A stretch of DNA of 64,000 nucleotides, from IMG/VR virus record IMGVR_UViG_3300010354_000065, positions 1-64,000 of that record. The stretch is one strand, 5' to 3'. The notes below the pieces were generated by a model that saw only the letters and a program-made list of their open reading frames with translations, was not told the DNA's origin and did not search any database. Position numbers and translations under genes: made by a program. Source of the DNA: a virus. The number at the start of each line of letters is the position of its first letter. Within the stretch, counting starts at the first letter, position 1. Shown here piece after piece: positions 19,622 to 29,848 of this stretch.

Positions 19622-20911
19622 TCATGGTCCCAGGCGTGTTCCGCTTACATCGTAAATCCCAAAGTTGCCTGCATGAGCAACGTTTCCTGCTTTATATTTA
19701 AACTCCGCCTGATTAAACTGCAGCACTGCTGTTGTAGCAGTTGAGTTAACAGATTGAAACAAGAAACCCCCGTCTCCTGCTGTTGCATTCGCTTCATATG
19801 TTGTAACAGTTAAACGCGTATTTGTTGTATTACCGGCTAACGAAACGTGTGCATTATGTGTTGCGTTTCCTGACAGAAAACGAATAGCTGCATTAGCACT
19901 CGTTATTACTGTATTACCATTTATTGAAATTAGATCAGAGGTTGGTGATGCATTTTTAAAACCCACACGGTTGTTAACACCGTCTAAGAACAACAAGTCA
20001 GTATCAAACGTTGCGTTTGCTGCAAAAGTTGCAACACTTGTTACGTTAACAAAGCCTGTAATTGTTGTGTTACCAAGTCCAGCAGTATTATTTACTAGAA
20101 ATGCACCGTTTACTGTAGCTGCACCTGTTAAACTTGTAGCGCCTAACACTCTTAAAGAACCAACGTTCGCTAAACCTATTGATGTATCAATATTACCGGC
20201 TGTAGAAAATCTTATTCTCTGTGGAGTTAAAGTGTGCCCCGTTTCTGTCACACCTGCTGTTAGATCAATAGCTGATCCATTGTAAGTAGCTGACAGCTTG
20301 AAAGCTGTTGTGTTTGAGCTAACAACAAAATAACTGCTTCCGTTTGTCAATCCTGTTACAGCTGTGTTTCCTGTTGAAACAACATATCTAACAAGATCGC
20401 CATCGCTGAAACCATGAACTGCTGTCGTTGTAATAAAGTCTGTTGTGTTAGCAACACCAGTTAAGGCATTAAATGTCGCTGACGAACCGACAACATTTGC
20501 AAATCCCGAAAAGGTAGTATTACCGACAGCTAAAGTATTTGCAATGGTAACAGCACCATTTACATCCAACGTACCTCTTAAATTAGTTGCTCCACCAACG
20601 TTTGCTGTAGAAGATACATTAATGAAACCTGTTATTGTTGTGTTACCTGCCGCTAACGTATTACTTACGTTAACAGCCCCAACAAAATCCCCACCCATTG
20701 CGTTGATAGTCCAACGCGCTGTACTGTTACCAAGAGAGTATGTGTTGTTTACAGGTAGAACATTACTTTGCAGATTTGCAGTGATAGAAAGATACGTTCC
20801 GTTGATATCAACGTTACCATTGAAGCCTGCAGGGCCGGCAATGTTAGCGGTACCTAGAGCAAGAAAGCCGTTCTCGACCTTAAATTGTACATTGCTTGAC
20901 GTATCAGCCAT
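19622..20911 (-). CDS. Fibre-like virion protein
   Basis: GNTTITGF repeats plus one HGF..GD.VRY..GL..G..YFV module shared with the gp7-like protein. Confidence 0.65.
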   Translation of the reverse strand: MADTSSNVQFKVENGFLALGTANIAGPAGFNGNVDINGTYLSITANLQSNVLPVNNTYSLGNSTARWTINAMGGDFVGAVNVSNTLAAGNTTITGFINVSSTANVGGATNLRGTLDVNGAVTIANTLAVGNTTFSGFANVVGSSATFNALTGVANTTDFITTTAVHGFSDGDLVRYVVSTGNTAVTGLTNGSSYFVVSSNTTAFKLSATYNGSAIDLTAGVTETGHTLTPQRIRFSTAGNIDTSIGLANVGSLRVLGATSLTGAATVNGAFLVNNTAGLGNTTITGFVNVTSVATFAANATFDTDLLFLDGVNNRVGFKNASPTSDLISINGNTVITSANAAIRFLSGNATHNAHVSLAGNTTNTRLTVTTYEANATAGDGGFLFQSVNSTATTAVLQFNQAEFKYKAGNVAHAGNFGIYDVSGTRLGP

Positions 20912-20919
20912 TACTTACC

Positions 20920-23025
20920 TTACTTGATGAACTGTATAAACATTTTAACAGACGAGTTAGCAGTTGTCTGTTGGAATTTTATTGCAAGAGCTGTTGTATT
21001 TATCGCAGTAGAAAAGTTACCTAAATTAGCTGTTGCTGGAGCAGCAACGGTACCGTAAATGGTAAGCGTTACATCGTTTGCTGAAGCAGAGTGAGCAAAT
21101 ATCATCTCTTGTGTTGATACGTTAGCTCCACTGAAGGATGTTACTGTAGCTGTTATTTTTGCAGCTCTGTATCCAACCGGTTTCGTTAAAACAAGAACGT
21201 CTACTGGGGACGCTGTTGTTGTACCAAGATTTGAGTTAGCGACAACGTGTAGAACAACGTCTGATTGCAGAGTGGTGTTTCCACCAACACTTAATGCACC
21301 ACCAACATTAGCGGTTGATGAAACGTTGATAAACCCTGTTACGGTTGTATTACCTGTTGCTAATGTGTTATTGATAGTAGCTACACCATTAACAGTTGCA
21401 GCACCAACAACATTCAGCGTCGAACTTACGTTAGCAAAACCAGTTATTGTTGTATTACCGACAGCAGCGGTGTTATTAACTGTAAATGCTCCATTAACCG
21501 TTGCAGCATCAACAACATTCAGCGTCGAACTTACGTTAGCAAAACCTGTGATTGAAGTGTTACCTGTTGCTAATGTGTTGTTAATTGTTGCAGCACCATT
21601 TACAGTTGCGGCGCCCACAACGTTTAGTGTTGTTGATACGTTTGCAAAGCCAGTAATAGATGTATTACCTGTTGCTAATGTATTGTTGATCGTTGCAGCA
21701 CCGTTAACTGTTGCAGCACCCACAACATTCAATGTTGAACTTACGTTAGCAAATCCTGTAATCGATGTGTTACCAGTTGCCAATGTATTATTAATAGTAG
21801 CTGCACCGTTAACAGTTGCAGCACCTACGACATTTAATGTCGATGATACATTTGCAAAACCTGTAATTGATGTGTTACCAGCTGCTAGTGTTGTTGATAC
21901 GTTTGCAAAACCTGTTATGGTAACGTTACCTGATGCAACAGTGTTTGCTACAGTAACAGCACCGTTAACCGTTAACGTACTACGTAGATTAACAGCTCCA
22001 CCAACGTTAGCTGTTGAGGAAATGTTTGCAAATCCAGTTATTGTTGTGTTTCCAACAGCTGCTGTGTTGTTAACCGTGAATGCTCCGTTAACAGTTGCAG
22101 CACCTACAACGTTTAATGTGGAAGATACGTTAGCAAATCCTGTTACAGTTGTATTACCAACCGCTGCTGTGTTGTTAACTGTCAGAGCACCATTTACTGT
22201 TGCTGGACCGACCACATTTAACGCTGTTGTAACGTTTGCTGTTGTTAGAGTCGTAATACCGATTACGTTTAATGTATTTGATAACGACGTAGCATTAACA
22301 ACTGTTAAATTGCCTGTGACCGAAACACTGTTGACACTTACCGTCAAAGCGGTTACAGTACTGTTGCCAGTGAGCTGAATACTATTAACAGAGGTATTGC
22401 CTTTTAGAGTGGTGTTACCCGTGATAGTGCTTACAGCTTGAACGCCAAACGCTGTTGCGTTAATATTTGTATTTGCATTTTGTAAGGATACATTTGAGGT
22501 AACTGACACGTTACCCGTTTGTATTGTCATTAGTGCGGTGTTGACAAATACATTAGAGCTATTTAAATACGCGTTTGAAGAGAGCTCTATTCTACCGCCA
22601 CTAAAAATAGTTGCGACTGTATTGCCTATCATGTAGGTAGAGTCAATAATTACATTAGCCTGCACATTGGCTAATGTACCTTCAACTATGAAGCTCTGTG
22701 TGTTAGAGTAAAAGTATCCTGTTGAATTATAAATTGCAACGTTACTAGAAAACGAAGTATTACTTCCAGTGAAATTTGCGTTTGATGTTACACCCAGATT
22801 GGCCGACGTGCTAACGTTACCACCACGAAGCGTTGTTCCAACGCCAATAGTATTTGCTGCAAATACACCTATTAGTTGCGAATTACCCGATACTTGAGCG
22901 CCACCAGCAGTGTTATTGGCTGTAAGAGCCTGAGTAGTGAAAGTGTCAGCCATCTGGTTGGTAATACCAATCCAGGTCGCAAAAGAGTCTGTCGATATAA
23001 CAACGTTAGCTATTGATCTTGCCAT
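20920..23025 (-). CDS. Fibre protein with ~36-aa GNT(T/S)ITGFANVSSTLNV repeats
   Basis: DSFATW...TNQ N-terminus, long tandem beta-repeat shaft, C-terminal knob-like domain. Confidence 0.7.
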   Translation of the reverse strand: MARSIANVVISTDSFATWIGITNQMADTFTTQALTANNTAGGAQVSGNSQLIGVFAANTIGVGTTLRGGNVSTSANLGVTSNANFTGSNTSFSSNVAIYNSTGYFYSNTQSFIVEGTLANVQANVIIDSTYMIGNTVATIFSGGRIELSSNAYLNSSNVFVNTALMTIQTGNVSVTSNVSLQNANTNINATAFGVQAVSTITGNTTLKGNTSVNSIQLTGNSTVTALTVSVNSVSVTGNLTVVNATSLSNTLNVIGITTLTTANVTTALNVVGPATVNGALTVNNTAAVGNTTVTGFANVSSTLNVVGAATVNGAFTVNNTAAVGNTTITGFANISSTANVGGAVNLRSTLTVNGAVTVANTVASGNVTITGFANVSTTLAAGNTSITGFANVSSTLNVVGAATVNGAATINNTLATGNTSITGFANVSSTLNVVGAATVNGAATINNTLATGNTSITGFANVSTTLNVVGAATVNGAATINNTLATGNTSITGFANVSSTLNVVDAATVNGAFTVNNTAAVGNTTITGFANVSSTLNVVGAATVNGVATINNTLATGNTTVTGFINVSSTANVGGALSVGGNTTLQSDVVLHVVANSNLGTTTASPVDVLVLTKPVGYRAAKITATVTSFSGANVSTQEMIFAHSASANDVTLTIYGTVAAPATANLGNFSTAINTTALAIKFQQTTANSSVKMFIQFIK

Positions 23026-23239
23026 TTGTATTTCCGTTAATTAACTGTTTCAGTAAATCCTTAAACTCTCTTACGTCTTTTTGAAGATCAGAAACTGTTT
23101 CTTCAAGCTGCTGCTGTCTTAATACAAACGCTCTTTCACTTTTAAAACGCTCGTAGCCAGCCTTATCAATATTTAGAATTGCTTTTGAGCTGGGATCCTT
23201 GACATAGTTTGGATCATCGGTACCTAACAGTTGCCTCAT
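23006..23239 (-). CDS. Small conserved T4-like protein with C-terminal coiled coil
   Basis: YVKDPSSKAILN motif, positioned after the DUF4815-like genes. Confidence 0.6.
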   Translation of the reverse strand: MRQLLGTDDPNYVKDPSSKAILNIDKAGYERFKSERAFVLRQQQLEETVSDLQKDVREFKDLLKQLINGNTNGKINS

Positions 23240-25269
23240 GCCGAGACCGCCACTGCTTGAAGATCGTCAACAAAAGGTATACTTGTATTATCACTAGACA
23301 ATAATACAACCTTAACAGCAAAGCTGTCATAAGATTGGAACTTTGCTAACTGTCCATTAAAATACGTAAGCATATTGAAATTTTGCTTATCTAGATATGC
23401 AGTGTTTTTATCTGTTACTTTATCTACGTAGAAACCGGACTCTAGATTTGTAACGGTTGTATTAGAAATGGCTTTTGATAAAGTTAAAGATGACGTGTTA
23501 GCAGCAATAACCGTATCAACGATATAAACCATACTATTGCCTGAATGATACACTCTTACAACATCATCGACTGTAATATCGGTATTAACAGTTCCTGATG
23601 AACCACGAATAAGACCGTTTGCATTAACAGCAAAATTACCTGATATTTTTGTGCCTGGCGGGGAAAATGGAACATCATACCCCAAATCTCTGAAATCATT
23701 TATGTTTGAGGGGTTTGATGTAACCCCTATGGAAGCAGAGTTTAAAGATAATTCTGTCCAATTCTTTTTATCAAACGCCTCGTTGTCCGCGGAGTTGTAA
23801 AACTTTGCATATACCTTTACGTCCGAATTTGCTGGTTTAAATGCCTTAAGATATACTTTTAAATCTTCAGCAAATTGGTTATCAATTAATTGAACTTGAT
23901 TTCCAACATACCGCGCTTGTGCTACACCGCGGTTTACAGCTTCATTTGTGGTGCTATTGTTTATGTTATAACGTTCTACAAACACATCAAGGTCTTCTTT
24001 ACGGATGAAAGGACTTGTATAAGGGTTAGAAGAGCTCAGTGTCATTTCACCATGAAATGATTTGAATGGTGTTGCAGCTGTTACTTCGTTTGTACGAGAT
24101 GCAAGAGAGGCATCATAAGTATTAATATACTCGCGCTTACCTAATTTTGTTTCTACTTTACGGCTCGTGCTTACTGAACCGCCAACATTAGCAAAATTAG
24201 CTGTCAAGGAAATAGATGTTTGTGGGGGTGTTGTAGCGTTGTAATTAGGTACCACATTGTTGACTCTCGTGTTTGCAATAGCTGTTATGTTAGCTGTTGC
24301 CCCGGAGTCCAATCCACGAATAGTAGTTCCTGTTGTAAGATATAGAGTAGATGTTGCTGTTGAATCTTGAATAACAAACCTATCGTTTATTGTAGAATAT
24401 TCAAACAACCTACCAGTTACAGTTTTGTAGTATTGAGCACTCGCAACAGTAAAACTTGGTGGCTGCGTTAGTACAAGGTGTGTTGCATTAGTAACGGAAT
24501 TTACTGTACGAATATTTACATTGCTACCACCATCTGTGATAACGATCTTGTCACCAACAACTACGTCAGTGGTAAAGAGTGTGCTCGTACCAACCAAATT
24601 TGTTGAAACAGCTGATACGTTAACATTGCCTGTTAAAGCAGATCTTTGTTGAAAGACTTCTTCACCACCTAAAAATGTACCTGACACAGAACTAACTGTA
24701 AGAAGCTCATATGGACGGTTTTTAATCTTTATTGTTTTTGTCAAAGAGCTAAACTTTGCAACTCTGATTTGGAAATTTAAATCTGTATCTGTAAGAGGAG
24801 TTAAAACATAACCGTTTGTTATTTTGTAAGCATTACCATCAACAATACCAGACGAAACTTGTGTTATTGACGTTGATGAAACTGAAGTTTTGCCTGCTTT
24901 ATTAGCAAATACCTGAAAGTCAGTATCACCACCATCAAACTTAATTAAAAAACAATATTTTCTGTCCGTACTAACACATAGCGGCTTTGAAAAAGTAAAT
25001 GTCGTTGCTGTAGCTCCTGTTGTACTCACGGAAATATCATCATATTCTTTACGCGCTGTGTCTAAAGGAATGCTAGACAAATCAGGAGTCCCATCTTCTT
25101 TAACACTACAAAGAGCTAACGTAACACCTGGACTCTCAATGCCCGTCGTTGTTTTACCAACTACTGGCTTTGCTCTGAAGTACAGATTTATAGAAGCAAT
25201 AAAACATACTTCTGCGTTTTGTACAGCAGCTTTATCAAGAAAAAACGTTTGTCCTAAATCGTAGCTCAT
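23236..25269 (-). CDS. Virion structural protein, C-terminal part of a DUF4815/VrlC-like protein
   Basis: LGQTFF..FIASINLYF, TDLNF, DLKVYL..KP..VKVYAK and FAVKVVL..P.V.DL motifs. Confidence 0.7.
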   Translation of the reverse strand: MSYDLGQTFFLDKAAVQNAEVCFIASINLYFRAKPVVGKTTTGIESPGVTLALCSVKEDGTPDLSSIPLDTARKEYDDISVSTTGATATTFTFSKPLCVSTDRKYCFLIKFDGGDTDFQVFANKAGKTSVSSTSITQVSSGIVDGNAYKITNGYVLTPLTDTDLNFQIRVAKFSSLTKTIKIKNRPYELLTVSSVSGTFLGGEEVFQQRSALTGNVNVSAVSTNLVGTSTLFTTDVVVGDKIVITDGGSNVNIRTVNSVTNATHLVLTQPPSFTVASAQYYKTVTGRLFEYSTINDRFVIQDSTATSTLYLTTGTTIRGLDSGATANITAIANTRVNNVVPNYNATTPPQTSISLTANFANVGGSVSTSRKVETKLGKREYINTYDASLASRTNEVTAATPFKSFHGEMTLSSSNPYTSPFIRKEDLDVFVERYNINNSTTNEAVNRGVAQARYVGNQVQLIDNQFAEDLKVYLKAFKPANSDVKVYAKFYNSADNEAFDKKNWTELSLNSASIGVTSNPSNINDFRDLGYDVPFSPPGTKISGNFAVNANGLIRGSSGTVNTDITVDDVVRVYHSGNSMVYIVDTVIAANTSSLTLSKAISNTTVTNLESGFYVDKVTDKNTAYLDKQNFNMLTYFNGQLAKFQSYDSFAVKVVLLSSDNTSIPFVDDLQAVAVSA

Positions 25270-25310
25270 TACTAGCCTTTGTTTTAAATATGTTTAAATA
25301 AACGATATCT

Positions 25311-25796
25311 TTACCACGTAGACACCTGATATCCTGTATCAACAACAGGAGTGGTAGCAACTTCAACCGGTGCTTGATATGGTTTGTTAATTATTTGATA
25401 TTCATTCTCTGGTGGAATATAAACTGATATTTGAAGCTGTGTTGTGAAAAAAGAGTCTGATGTCTCTTCAAAACCAACACCAAGAGAAGACTGGCTTTGA
25501 TTAACAACACTCAATTCTTTTGTACCAGCAATTGATGCAGCAATTCGCTGCCCTTCAGCTACAGTCGTTGCAGCTGTTGATGCACCACTCTGATAATAAA
25601 AATCAAATGTTACTTTCCCATCACTATCTGTTACTATAGGATCGCCCAAGTTACCGTTGAGTGGCTTGATTTGTGTAGATGGAACAAGATTTCGTTCAAA
25701 GTAACAATAGTGAGTTGTCAATGGCCTCATACCATAAAGAGTTACAGTAAAAACCTGATCTCTTACTGTAAAATATAAATTTGTTTCGGTTGCCAT
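25311..25796 (-). CDS. Virion structural protein, middle part of a DUF4815/VrlC-like protein
   Basis: GMRPLT.HY.YF and IVTDSDG motifs typical of the middle region of this family. Confidence 0.55.
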   Translation of the reverse strand: MATETNLYFTVRDQVFTVTLYGMRPLTTHYCYFERNLVPSTQIKPLNGNLGDPIVTDSDGKVTFDFYYQSGASTAATTVAEGQRIAASIAGTKELSVVNQSQSSLGVGFEETSDSFFTTQLQISVYIPPENEYQIINKPYQAPVEVATTPVVDTGYQVSTW

Positions 25797-25821
25797 GCTA
25801 CTATATTTTCCTTGTTAGATT

Positions 25822-28800
25822 TTACCAAAACTTCCACCACGGTCTGCTTGGAGCAGGCGGTGGAGGTGGTGGTGCATCCTCGGTAATAATACGCTCACCA
25901 CGAGATTTTATTGAAAAGGAGGCTGGTGAAACAGAACCCGAACCAATAAATCTTACATCCTGGCCATCGCCGTTAATTGCAATATTTTTAACACTTTGAT
26001 TTACTAATACTTCTGTTGTATACGGTAGCATTGCAAATCCGTTAACCACACAAGCATTAGTGTCTGTATCCGTTAAATCAAAATCAGACTCAATATTTAG
26101 CTGGGAAAACGAAGGTTGAAGAATACCTCTTTCGCCTGCTATATTAGTTGTAAACTCACGGTGTGTTGCATCTGACTTTGTATAATCACTGAATGGGTCA
26201 ACAAAGAAAGCGTTTTTAAATCGATTTGTGGTTATAGTGACCCCACTCGGTATCACTAGTTCTTTTATTTTTTGTTCAATGAAATTAAGACTTACTTTGT
26301 TTTCAACAATATCTAGTCGCTTGTCAATTAAACCAATATCCCTCATTGTGTAAACACGGTTCTGAGCATCGTTAATGTTCTTGGTTACATCAAGGGTAAT
26401 CAACGAGCTACCATATCGTTGTGATACTAACGTGTCTTGTGATATGATTTCTTTACCCGCAAATTCCGTTGTTTGTGTGTTTAGAATCGAAGGAAGAGAT
26501 GGGTATGGGGGAATAGAAAGAACAGCAAGCGTTACTGTGTGGGGCGGTTCATCAGGAGTGACAGGATCATTTAGAGCTGGTGTTCCCTCCAAGACTTTGA
26601 AACTTCCATTACTTGTTACAACAACACGATCTTTTCTTCTGTTATAATAAGAAGCCTGGAAGGTTATTGTTGAATCTGGAGCAGGAAAGTATTTTGCTGC
26701 GCTGCTTAGGTTAAACGTATTTGACGGATTGACTGTAGCACCAGCAACGGTTGTAGATACGTTAGCTGTGTTTGCCGCATAAGGACGGAAATCAAACGTA
26801 TTACGGACATCAACATACTTGCCTTGGCTTGTATACAACTCAGGTATCTCTAAAAGATTCACTGTCGATGTTGAACTTGCTAAGTTCGCTGTATCGTTTA
26901 TGTCATATGAATCAATGGTAAATACACCTTCACCTCCACCATTAGTAAACACGTCAATCTTAGCTAAAATAAATTGATTTGTATTTACAGCAAGTGTTGA
27001 TGGTGTTGTTTTTAGCTTCAACTGTGCTAAACGGTAAACGTTTTCATCATCAGCAGAATCAACAACGAAATATTTTGTAACATCAGAAACTGTCGTATTC
27101 GTTGTTGTACCAACGTTGGTCGCATTTCCTAAGTAAATATTTTTTATACGAACGGCGCCGGGTAATCCTAAAGACCATGGGCCAGTATTACTACCTGCGT
27201 TGTTACTTGTGTGAATTTTAACAAAAACGTCGCGATTAATAGTCTTTGCGACAGGCGTTGTAGTAACAGACTTCACATTGTATGTGACAACTGCATTAGC
27301 TGCAACGTTAGTAGAGACCCCTAAGCTTAGAGTTGCTGTCTTACTTGTTCCTGATATTGTTATAGTGCGTGATGTTCTACCAAACGACACAGGATACAGA
27401 GCTGGGAAATAAAGGGTAGCATTAGCAGCAGTCATTGCTGTTGGTGCTGTTGTCAGAAACGCATGTGTATTATTTGCAACCGACTTAATTTGCAAATGTT
27501 GGTTAGCTGTCGAATTGGCACATCTTATAAAATCACCAGGTGCAATATCAGAAATAAAGGTTGTACCAGTACCGACAATGAGAGTGTTTGCATATACCGC
27601 TATACTTGTGCCGGTTATGTTAGCACTCGCTTCAAATGGCTCCGTGGGGATAGCTATGAAATCTTTTTCCTGTGTAGCCGACAAAGCACCATCACTATAA
27701 GGGAATTCAAAACCAGATCCAAGAGGACCAATTGCTAAAGTTCCTCCTGTACCAAACGTAGGAGCTTCATCAGACACTGTTCTATACGTATATGATATGT
27801 TATCTAACGAATTTACTGCATTTGCTTTGATTGGAAACAGCATCTGATTACGAGACACATCATAAAGCTTCGAAACGTTTGCTCCAATAGTTGCATCTTG
27901 TACGCGAACCACGTCAGCAATTGCATCTTGCGTAGCTCCATTAGAGTATAGAGCTTTAACGTCACGGAACGAGTATCCGGAATTCATATCAATATCAAAT
28001 AAGTAAGCTCTATAAGTGGCTTCTTTTGTCCCAGGATCACCTGAATCTAATACCAAAGAACGAATTCTTGCAGTTCCAATTTTACTACCGGCTGGAGTGA
28101 TCGTTCCATTTGTAGTGGTTATATTATTAAGACCCGTAATGATTGTTTTTGCAGTATCATACAAATCAATACTTGCACCAGTTTTAAAATCAAACACACC
28201 AGCAAGCTCGTTAACTATTGCATAATTACCATAGTTAACGGTGATTGATTGAGATGCTAGATTTGTTGTCGTTGAAGAACGAGCAACATTAAGATAATTA
28301 TTGTAGCTTGTGGCTACCCTATATCCTTCAATATAAGCAATACCTGGATCAATCACTACATCAACATAGCTCGTGTTGGGAGTGGCCTTTTCTTTTGTTG
28401 TGACGTTAAAACGATCAATTACATAATTACCGCTCGTCTCGGAGGTACGACGCGCAAGCTCATCTGCGATTGTTGTAAAGACTGTTGTCCTGTTTTCTTT
28501 ATAGGGTAGTCCGTTTTTCCACTCAGCGAGAGCAAAGAAATCTACATTTGCTGCTGCTTGATCTATTGTTAATGTTGTCAGTACAGGAGTCAGTTGTAAA
28601 CGATCTGCTCCTGGTGCTGTAAAGTTTGTTGTTCCTGATGCATTATCTAAAAGAGATTCATCCTCATTGCTATCAACATAGTTTTCTATTGTTTTAAAAC
28701 CAACCGTAATGTTGTTTGGTGTTGTTGTATACTTGTCAATAATAATACTCTGCTTATCAACACGCAAGAAATGTCCCTTCTGGTATATGATACCTTCTGA

Positions 28801-29838
28801 AACACCAAAAGCATAACCAGTACCAATAGCATTAACCGTAGAATTAGCGACTGTTATTTTTGCTTTATAATTCTGAGCAAGTAAGTCGAGGTTTTGAACC
28901 GTTGCTGTTGTATTTGAAGATTTAACAGTAATCCATGGCAAGAATACATAATCTTCTCCATTATCACTGAGAGTTAAAGCTTGTACAATACCACTTGTAT
29001 CAGTTGTGAGTAATGCTGAAGCGCCTGATCCAATTAACGAAACTACGTTCGCTGTTGCACCAGAAGTTGCACCAACAACGGTGTAAGGAGATTCGAAAGT
29101 CCATGCAACTGCATTAACGGCTGTGTTCGTCAAGTCCTGATTACGAGGAGCAACACTAAGGACTGTAGTACATGCAATTGCTGTTGTGTTGATAGCTTTA
29201 ATAACACCTTGAGCACCAGTCGTTGACTGTGTGATAACTTCGCCGTTAGAAAACGTACCTGTTACGTTTGCCAACTTGAGAGCACTTTGAATTACAACTG
29301 TGTCTGAATTAGAAAATCCTACACCACCGTTCAAAACATTTATCTTGAACAATGGGTAATTTTCACCAAACACTGTAAGCTGTTCATTGGGTGAAAATGA
29401 AGTGTACACAGCGCTGCTGTTTGCAGGATCTGGGTCTGAGCTGTTTGTATAACGGACATAAATTGTTTTTAAGTCTGGATTACTTGATTCAAGTCCATCT
29501 TTATAGTCTAAAACTCGAGCTGTCAAATTAAGACTGCTTTTCACAAAATAGTTAACATAGCTTGAAGGCAACGAAGGTTGTCCATCTACCTGTACATCAA
29601 GTATTTTGACATATGAATATGTTGGGAGATAATTAAAGTTAACGCCACTTAGTATGGTGCCTGATTTGAAAACATGACTGCCAAATCTTTCTATTTGATT
29701 TTGCAGTAATGATTGTAACTGATTCAGTTCACGAGTTTGTACAGCTACACCAGGTTTAAAAAGGATTCTATAAAAATCCTTTTCTTCGTTTAAATCATCG
29801 TAATAAGGACTTACGTTGAGTGAATTTTCTAATGGCAT
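25822..29838 (-). CDS. Large virion structural protein, DUF4815/VrlC-like N-terminal part
   Basis: PYYDD..KDFYRILFKPG.AVQ.RELNQLQ, APGADRL, LARRT.ETSGNY, YTMRDIG and RFKNAFFVDPF motifs. Confidence 0.85.
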   Translation of the reverse strand: MPLENSLNVSPYYDDLNEEKDFYRILFKPGVAVQTRELNQLQSLLQNQIERFGSHVFKSGTILSGVNFNYLPTYSYVKILDVQVDGQPSLPSSYVNYFVKSSLNLTARVLDYKDGLESSNPDLKTIYVRYTNSSDPDPANSSAVYTSFSPNEQLTVFGENYPLFKINVLNGGVGFSNSDTVVIQSALKLANVTGTFSNGEVITQSTTGAQGVIKAINTTAIACTTVLSVAPRNQDLTNTAVNAVAWTFESPYTVVGATSGATANVVSLIGSGASALLTTDTSGIVQALTLSDNGEDYVFLPWITVKSSNTTATVQNLDLLAQNYKAKITVANSTVNAIGTGYAFGVSEGIIYQKGHFLRVDKQSIIIDKYTTTPNNITVGFKTIENYVDSNEDESLLDNASGTTNFTAPGADRLQLTPVLTTLTIDQAAANVDFFALAEWKNGLPYKENRTTVFTTIADELARRTSETSGNYVIDRFNVTTKEKATPNTSYVDVVIDPGIAYIEGYRVATSYNNYLNVARSSTTTNLASQSITVNYGNYAIVNELAGVFDFKTGASIDLYDTAKTIITGLNNITTTNGTITPAGSKIGTARIRSLVLDSGDPGTKEATYRAYLFDIDMNSGYSFRDVKALYSNGATQDAIADVVRVQDATIGANVSKLYDVSRNQMLFPIKANAVNSLDNISYTYRTVSDEAPTFGTGGTLAIGPLGSGFEFPYSDGALSATQEKDFIAIPTEPFEASANITGTSIAVYANTLIVGTGTTFISDIAPGDFIRCANSTANQHLQIKSVANNTHAFLTTAPTAMTAANATLYFPALYPVSFGRTSRTITISGTSKTATLSLGVSTNVAANAVVTYNVKSVTTTPVAKTINRDVFVKIHTSNNAGSNTGPWSLGLPGAVRIKNIYLGNATNVGTTTNTTVSDVTKYFVVDSADDENVYRLAQLKLKTTPSTLAVNTNQFILAKIDVFTNGGGEGVFTIDSYDINDTANLASSTSTVNLLEIPELYTSQGKYVDVRNTFDFRPYAANTANVSTTVAGATVNPSNTFNLSSAAKYFPAPDSTITFQASYYNRRKDRVVVTSNGSFKVLEGTPALNDPVTPDEPPHTVTLAVLSIPPYPSLPSILNTQTTEFAGKEIISQDTLVSQRYGSSLITLDVTKNINDAQNRVYTMRDIGLIDKRLDIVENKVSLNFIEQKIKELVIPSGVTITTNRFKNAFFVDPFSDYTKSDATHREFTTNIAGERGILQPSFSQLNIESDFDLTDTDTNACVVNGFAMLPYTTEVLVNQSVKNIAINGDGQDVRFIGSGSVSPASFSIKSRGERIITEDAPPPPPPAPSRPWWKFW

Positions 29839-29848
29839 GTGTTATCTC

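Noticed and set aside
5726-22378. Long plus-strand ORFs such as 6146..6949, 20445..20927 and 21272..22378
   Set aside because: Antisense shadows of repetitive fibre genes, with no independent signals or motifs.
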